The position numbers and the translations under genes were made by a program. This document shows, in pieces, positions 57,900 to 64,000 of a DNA stretch of 64,000 bases. The stretch's first letter is position 1. Each line of letters starts with the position of its first letter. The notes under the pieces were generated by a model. It made no database searches and was not told where the DNA came from. It worked only from the letters and a program-made list of their open reading frames with translations. The stretch covers positions 192,001 to 256,000 of the forward strand of contig OZ219926.1 of the NCBI GenBank assembly GCA_964291405.2, read 5' to 3'. Source of the DNA: Thermodesulfobacteriota bacterium. Its GTDB lineage: Bacteria; Desulfobacterota; Binatia; Bin18.

Positions 57900-59063
57900 C
57901 TACGCGCCAATCGCCTCGACGATCTTCTTCGCGCCGTCGGCCAGATCGTCGGCAGGAATAATATCAAGCCCCGACTCAGCTAGAATCGTTTTCCCCAGTT
58001 CGACATTCGTGCCTTCTAAGCGCACGACCAAAGGGACCGACAGATTGACTTGCTTGGCGGCTTCAACTACCCCGTTGGCCACTACATCGCAACGCATAAT
58101 TCCACCAAAAATATTGACCAGAACGCCTTTGACATTCTCGTCCGACAGAATAATTTTAAACGCCTCGGTGACTTTTTCCGTGGTCGCGCCCCCGCCTACA
58201 TCCAGAAAATTCGCCGGCTCAGCCCCGTAGTGTTTGATGATATCCATGGTCGCCATCGCCAGCCCAGCCCCATTGACCATGCAGCCGATGTTGCCGTCCA
58301 GCGCAATATAGTTGAGGTCAAACTTGGACGCCGCGACCTCTTTCTCGTTTTCCTCAGTCACATCCCGCATCTCACGGATATCAGCGTGACGGAACAGCGC
58401 GTTGTCATCAAAGCCCATCTTGGCGTCCAGAGCGACAAGATCGCCGGACTTCGTCAGTACCAGCGGATTAATTTCAGCCATAGAGGCGTCGCTCTCGGAA
58501 AATGCCCGGTATAAGCCGCGCATGAAGGCCACGGCTTTATTGACCGAATCCTTAGGCAGGCCTAGACCGTAGGCGAGTTGGCGGCCCTGGAAATCCCCGA
58601 AGCCGACAGCGGGATCGATGGTGGCGCGGAGAATCTTCTCGGGGGAGCGCTCGGCCACCTCTTCAATTTCCACGCCCCCCTCGGAGCTGGCCATCACCGT
58701 GATCCGCGCGGTCGCGCGGTCAATGACCATACCGAGATAGAACTCTTGATCAATGTCACAACCCTGCTCGATAAAAACCTTTTGAACTTCTTTGCCTTCG
58801 GGCCCGGTTTGGTGGGTGACCAGAGTTGAGCCAAGCAGAGCCGTCGCGTGTGCGCGGGCTTCCTGCGGCGTCTTGGCGAGCTTAACCCCACCGGCTTTGC
58901 CTCGTCCACCGGCGTGAATCTGGGCTTTGACGACACACAGACCACCACCCAGTTCTTTGGCCGCAGCTTCGGCTTCGTCCGGGGTGGTAGCGACCCTACC
59001 GTCTAACACGGCCACCCCATTTTTCCGCAATATCTCTTTTGCTTGGTATTCGTGGATATTCAT
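57900..59063 (-). CDS. sucC: Succinyl-CoA synthetase beta subunit
   Basis: [23 protein letters not shown] and [11 protein letters not shown]. Confidence 0.97.
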   Translation of the reverse strand: MNIHEYQAKEILRKNGVAVLDGRVATTPDEAEAAAKELGGGLCVVKAQIHAGGRGKAGGVKLAKTPQEARAHATALLGSTLVTHQTGPEGKEVQKVFIEQGCDIDQEFYLGMVIDRATARITVMASSEGGVEIEEVAERSPEKILRATIDPAVGFGDFQGRQLAYGLGLPKDSVNKAVAFMRGLYRAFSESDASMAEINPLVLTKSGDLVALDAKMGFDDNALFRHADIREMRDVTEENEKEVAASKFDLNYIALDGNIGCMVNGAGLAMATMDIIKHYGAEPANFLDVGGGATTEKVTEAFKIILSDENVKGVLVNIFGGIMRCDVVANGVVEAAKQVNLSVPLVVRLEGTNVELGKTILAESGLDIIPADDLADGAKKIVEAIGA

Positions 59064-59106
59064 ACCTTCTTACCTTACTGTGGCCTTCTTCTCTGATGGT
59101 GGAAAG

Positions 59107-60105
<999 letters not shown>

Positions 60106-60301
60106 TCAGGACGGCTGTCCTCATCTCAATCCGTTGAGATATTGCTTATTCGGCAAGGTTTTGGGGCAGGATGCCAAAATTCCCATAGCCTGTCTAGGCC
60201 AGAAGGTTATTAAAAGACTCGCTTGTGGCGACTGGGATATGTATCAGCCTCTGTTCGGTATCGAGAGAGCACCAAGGAGCAACTCGCCTTCATGAGCCTG
60301 A

Positions 60302-61000
60302 CTACCCAGAACGCTGTTTTAGCCGATTTCGTTCAGCGTCAGAGCGACGGATATACTGCGGGACGAGTTGGGATGCGTCGTCGTGATCTCCCTGTCTGAA
60401 TCGCATCCAGGCTAAGCGGGCGACAATGCTGCCACGTGGCGGGACAGCAGCAAGCGGCAGAACCTCTGTATGAGGTCCGCAGTGCTCCCGAATTATTTCA
60501 CCGTAACGCTCAACGCCATCTCCAACAAAGAGGCATGGCTCAATGATTTGGTTGGCCAACTCTTCGGGTGAGAGAACCATATCGTTAGTCAGACGGGTAA
60601 TGTGCCCGTCCGCGCCACGGACAAAGCAGGCGGCATACACTTCACGTTTGCGAGCGTCCAGCACAACGCACAGTCGGCCGGTCCAATGGGTCACTGCATG
60701 GGCAAGCGTGAGGAGCGTCGAGACGCCGGCAACCTGTTGAGACAGGGCATAGGCAAAACCTTTTGTCGTGCCGAGCGCGATACGCAGACCAGAGAAGGCC
60801 CCAGGGCCGATGGTCACCCCTATACCTGCGATCTCAGGCAGGCTGACGTGTGCTTGATCAAGGACGCGATGAATCAAGGGTAAAAGATTTTCCGCATGAC
60901 TCGCCGTAGCACCACCTGACTGTTCTGCCAGAACACTGCCGTCCTGTATCAGGCCGACACTCGCAATCGGGGTAGCCGCGTCAATACCGAGAACGAGCAT
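60302..61000 (-). CDS. tsaB: tRNA threonylcarbamoyladenosine biosynthesis protein TsaB
   Basis: LGIDAAT, GPGAFSGLRI, DARKREVY and PQYIR. Confidence 0.93.
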   Translation of the reverse strand: MLVLGIDAATPIASVGLIQDGSVLAEQSGGATASHAENLLPLIHRVLDQAHVSLPEIAGIGVTIGPGAFSGLRIALGTTKGFAYALSQQVAGVSTLLTLAHAVTHWTGRLCVVLDARKREVYAACFVRGADGHITRLTNDMVLSPEELANQIIEPCLFVGDGVERYGEIIREHCGPHTEVLPLAAVPPRGSIVARLAWMRFRQGDHDDASQLVPQYIRRSDAERNRLKQRSG

Positions 61001-61009
61001 GTCGAGATA

Positions 61010-62080
61010 TCAGCTGACAAGGCGTGAAATATCGTTGTAGAAGACCAGGACTATGAGCGAGACGATGACCAGGAAGCCGACACGTAAGGCCATCTCTTTG
61101 GAACGATTACTCAACGGGCGACCGATGAGGAGTTCAATGAGCATCAGCAACAGATGGCCGCCGTCAAGAATCGGGATAGGCAGAAGATTAAAGATGGCTA
61201 AGTTGACGTTCACGATAGCCGTGAAGCGCAGCAAATAATCCAATCCCAGACGCGCCTGCTGTCCGGCCACCTGCGCAATGAGAATGGGACCGCCCAACTC
61301 TTTGGTTGAAACCTCTCCACTGATAAGCTTGACGACGCTGTCCAAAATGAGGTGCGTCCACAGCCAGGTTTGCTCAGCTCCGAGCGTTATCGCTCGTCCT
61401 ACGGTAACAGCTTCGTTCGTAAAGGCTCGCTCAATACCAATCACATAGACTTGTCCGCCGACGGGGTTGTCACGCAGTTGAGGGGTGATCGTTGCTACAA
61501 TAATCTGGTCGCGGTTCGTCTTTTTAATGACGAGGTCAATCTCATTCCCATTGCTGTGTTGGATCTGCTCGGCCAGTTCCTCCCAAGTGTGGACGGCAAC
61601 CCCATCGACTTTGAGAATCTCGTCTTCCGGTTCTAGACCGGCCGCTTCTGCGGGCATATTCGCCACGACTCCGCCCACCGTGGGCTGATCGATCGGGACA
61701 TTAACGCCAAATTGGGCAAAGGCCAGACTGAAAACGACGAAAGCCATTAGGAAGTTAGCCAAAGGCCCGGCAGAAACAATCAGAAAGCGTTTTGGCAAGG
61801 ATTTATGGGTAAAGGAACGGTGCAGGTCAGCCTCATCCACCTCCTCGCCGATTTCTTCTCCAATCATCTTCACATAGCCACCCAGAGGAATGGCGCTGAG
61901 TAAATACTCCGTTTCGCCAACCTTCCGACCGAGGAGTTTCGGACCAAATCCGAGCGAGAATCGCTCCACTCCAACGCCGGCCCATTTGGCGGTCAGGAAG
62001 TGTCCCAATTCGTGCACAAAAATAATTAACCCAAAGACAATAACTACTCGTAACGCAACATCAAAAGTCGAAAGATCCAT
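61010..62080 (-). CDS. rseP: RIP metalloprotease RseP
   Basis: HELGH, PLGGYV, a PDZ domain and NLLPIPILDGG. Confidence 0.95.
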   Translation of the reverse strand: MDLSTFDVALRVVIVFGLIIFVHELGHFLTAKWAGVGVERFSLGFGPKLLGRKVGETEYLLSAIPLGGYVKMIGEEIGEEVDEADLHRSFTHKSLPKRFLIVSAGPLANFLMAFVVFSLAFAQFGVNVPIDQPTVGGVVANMPAEAAGLEPEDEILKVDGVAVHTWEELAEQIQHSNGNEIDLVIKKTNRDQIIVATITPQLRDNPVGGQVYVIGIERAFTNEAVTVGRAITLGAEQTWLWTHLILDSVVKLISGEVSTKELGGPILIAQVAGQQARLGLDYLLRFTAIVNVNLAIFNLLPIPILDGGHLLLMLIELLIGRPLSNRSKEMALRVGFLVIVSLIVLVFYNDISRLVS

Positions 62081-62111
62081 GCCCACGTACTCCTCGGTTT
62101 TCGGGCCAAAT

Positions 62112-62903
62112 TTAAGGCCACAACGTATTATAGTAATAGATAAAGGCACCTGGGAAAAGTAAACTATCGATACGGTCAAGCACCCCGCCGTGGCCGGGGA
62201 AGAGGCGTCCTGAGTCTTTGGCGCTGCAGGCCCGCTTCAAGGCAGACTCACAGAGGTCGCCCAACTGGGCGAGAAGCCCCATCAGAAGAGCAAGTAGTAC
62301 TAATTCGAGCGCGGATCGATTGGGCAGGAGATACTGCCAAGCGACGAGAGTGGCAATGCAGTTTCCGCCTATCGATCCGACGCTCCCCTCTATTGTTTTG
62401 CCGGGGCTGATATGCGGTAGCAGTTTCCGTTTTCCCCATATCCGTCCGACGGCATATCCTCCGGCGTCTCCAAGCATAGCCACAAGCAGTATGAAAAAAA
62501 CCCATTTCGCGCCTTCCGAGCCGCGGTGTATCCACATCAAATGCGGAAAAAGAAACCCAATATACACAACACCAAGTACGAAGAGGCTCGTTGTCTGGAT
62601 TCCTCGCGCTGGCTGACGGTCTCGAAGACTGAGGATAAAAACCAGTACAAAACCGAGGGTGAATACAGCGCCGATGAGCCGTGTATCGCCCGATAACATG
62701 CTGAGTGCGACAAGCATGCCCCACAGTTCGCCGATGACCGGAGAGAGGGAGCATTGGGATCGTGTGAGTGAGAAATATTCATATAGGCCGACACCAGTCA
62801 GCACCAGAATTGCACTCGAAAAGCCCCATTCCGGCGCAGAGTGTATCAGGAAGATGAGAAGGGGAAGCGCGACCGCGGCGGTCAGGAGCCTAGTGCGCAG
62901 CAC
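62112..62903 (-). CDS. cdsA: Phosphatidate cytidylyltransferase
   Basis: ISPGKTIEG and GDLCESALKR...KDSG...PGHGGVLDRID. Confidence 0.95.
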   Translation of the reverse strand: MLRTRLLTAAVALPLLIFLIHSAPEWGFSSAILVLTGVGLYEYFSLTRSQCSLSPVIGELWGMLVALSMLSGDTRLIGAVFTLGFVLVFILSLRDRQPARGIQTTSLFVLGVVYIGFLFPHLMWIHRGSEGAKWVFFILLVAMLGDAGGYAVGRIWGKRKLLPHISPGKTIEGSVGSIGGNCIATLVAWQYLLPNRSALELVLLALLMGLLAQLGDLCESALKRACSAKDSGRLFPGHGGVLDRIDSLLFPGAFIYYYNTLWP

Positions 62904-63651
62904 GTTTGAGCTCAGTCTCAATCAGTTGCTCGGCCGTCCGACCGAAACGCCGATCCCGCTGCTGATAATCAGCCAATGCCTGCAAGAAGGCGTCGCGGTC
63001 GAAGTCGGGCCACAGGGTATCGGTCACATAGAGTTCCGTGTAGGCCAACTGCCAGAGCATGAAGTTACTGATCCGGAACTCTCCACTGGTCCGAATAAGG
63101 AGGTCCGGAGCGGGTATATCTGCCGTCCACAATGATTGTTCGATCGCCTGCTGGTCAATCTCGAGTGGCCGCAGATGTCCCGCCTGTACGGCGGTCGCCA
63201 GAGTCTGTACGGCGGCAACGATTTCTTCCCGAGCACTATAGCTCACGGCTAAGACAACAGTCAGTCCGGTGTTGTCTCGTGTTGCAGCAATAACGTCAAG
63301 CAGGGATTTCCGAACCATTGCTGGAAGGCGGCCCAGATCGCCAATGGCACGCAGGCGGATATTGTACCGCATCATACGGCGTAATTCCGTCCGAAGGTAA
63401 CGGTTGAGGAGTCCCATAAGCGCACGGACCTCACGTGGTGGCCGCTGCCAGTTCTCCGAAGAAAATGCGTACAGGGTCAGATACGAGAGGCCGATGCCAC
63501 GACTCGTCTCGACGATATTGCGGACCGCTTCTTTCCCACGCTTGTGGCCTTCAATACGGCTCAGTCCGCGTCGCTGCGCCCACCGTCCGTTCCCATCCAT
63601 AATAATGGCAACATGACGGGGCAATTGGTCTTTCTCAAGGATAACGCTCAC
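62890..63651 (-). CDS. uppS: Undecaprenyl diphosphate synthase
   Basis: HVAIIMDGNGRWA, FSSENW and IRTSGEFRISNF. Confidence 0.96.
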   Translation of the reverse strand: MSVILEKDQLPRHVAIIMDGNGRWAQRRGLSRIEGHKRGKEAVRNIVETSRGIGLSYLTLYAFSSENWQRPPREVRALMGLLNRYLRTELRRMMRYNIRLRAIGDLGRLPAMVRKSLLDVIAATRDNTGLTVVLAVSYSAREEIVAAVQTLATAVQAGHLRPLEIDQQAIEQSLWTADIPAPDLLIRTSGEFRISNFMLWQLAYTELYVTDTLWPDFDRDAFLQALADYQQRDRRFGRTAEQLIETELKRAAH

Positions 63652-63714
63652 GCGTATAAACAGCAGGTTAGAATAGATTGCTCACATGGCCAGTCGCAGG
63701 AAAACACTATCCCC

Positions 63715-63999
63715 TTATACTGCCATCAACTCTTCCTCTTTAAGCTTGAGGATATGGTCAAGTTTTTCGATATATTCATTCGTCATCTTTTGTACACGGT
63801 CCTGTGCGGTGTGCAATTCATCTTCGGTAATTTCTTTATCCTTTTGCATTTCCTTGAGATAGTCATTGGCATCGCGTCTATGGTTCCGCATAGAAATTCG
63901 GTATTCCTCTGCACTTTTCCGAATTTTTCGGACAAAATCTTTCCGCCGCTCTTCGGTGAGTTCGGGTATGGGGACGCGAATAATTTTCCCATCGTTGAC
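63715..63999 (-). CDS. frr: Ribosome recycling factor, C-terminal part (truncated by window end)
   Basis: Manual translation: VNDGKIIRVPIPELTEERRK...RNHRRDAND...ITEDE...KEEELMAV*. Not listed in the ORF track in this frame. Confidence 0.93.
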   Translation of the reverse strand, partial: VNDGKIIRVPIPELTEERRKDFVRKIRKSAEEYRISMRNHRRDANDYLKEMQKDKEITEDELHTAQDRVQKMTNEYIEKLDHILKLKEEELMAV

Positions 64000-64000
64000 C

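Noticed and set aside
63783-63992. 69-aa minus-strand ORF in the track
   Set aside because: It is in the wrong frame. The region encodes the C-terminus of frr.

Overview
A 64-kb chromosomal window from a GC-rich, Deltaproteobacteria-like bacterium. The combination of hopanoid genes, many LLM oxidoreductases and class III CoA-transferases, and a CuMMO resembles Ca. Binatota, but that assignment is inference. Housekeeping blocks flank a metal- and catabolism-rich core. The left block has the nrdJ 3' end, hpnGBA, trxA, mreBCD-mrdA-rodA and ppiD. The right block has gspE, lepB-lepA, nucleotide-sugar genes, mtnP, rlmN, ndk, sucCD, mdh, tsaB, rseP, cdsA, uppS and frr. The centrepiece (about 20.2-31.2 kb) is a highly divergent copper membrane monooxygenase (pMMO/AMO family) cluster on the minus strand: esterase - pmoD-like - pmoC - pmoA - small unknown ORF - pmoB - pmoD-like - two-domain multicopper oxidase - cupredoxin - predicted lanthanide-type PQQ alcohol dehydrogenase. 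A glycerol/diol dehydrogenase is divergently transcribed from it, and a CoA-transferase x4 / DUF1302 / DUF1329 x2 block lies next to it. Features the ORF track misses or splits: a selenocysteine (in-frame TGA plus SECIS-like hairpin) BCP peroxiredoxin at 13042-13485, a single extra base frameshifting pmoB near 25271, a probable ATC start codon at 51415, the partial frr gene, and GTAG-type REP palindromes. I saw no rRNA, tRNA, CRISPR array or transposase. All protein assignments come from motif recognition by eye, not database searches.
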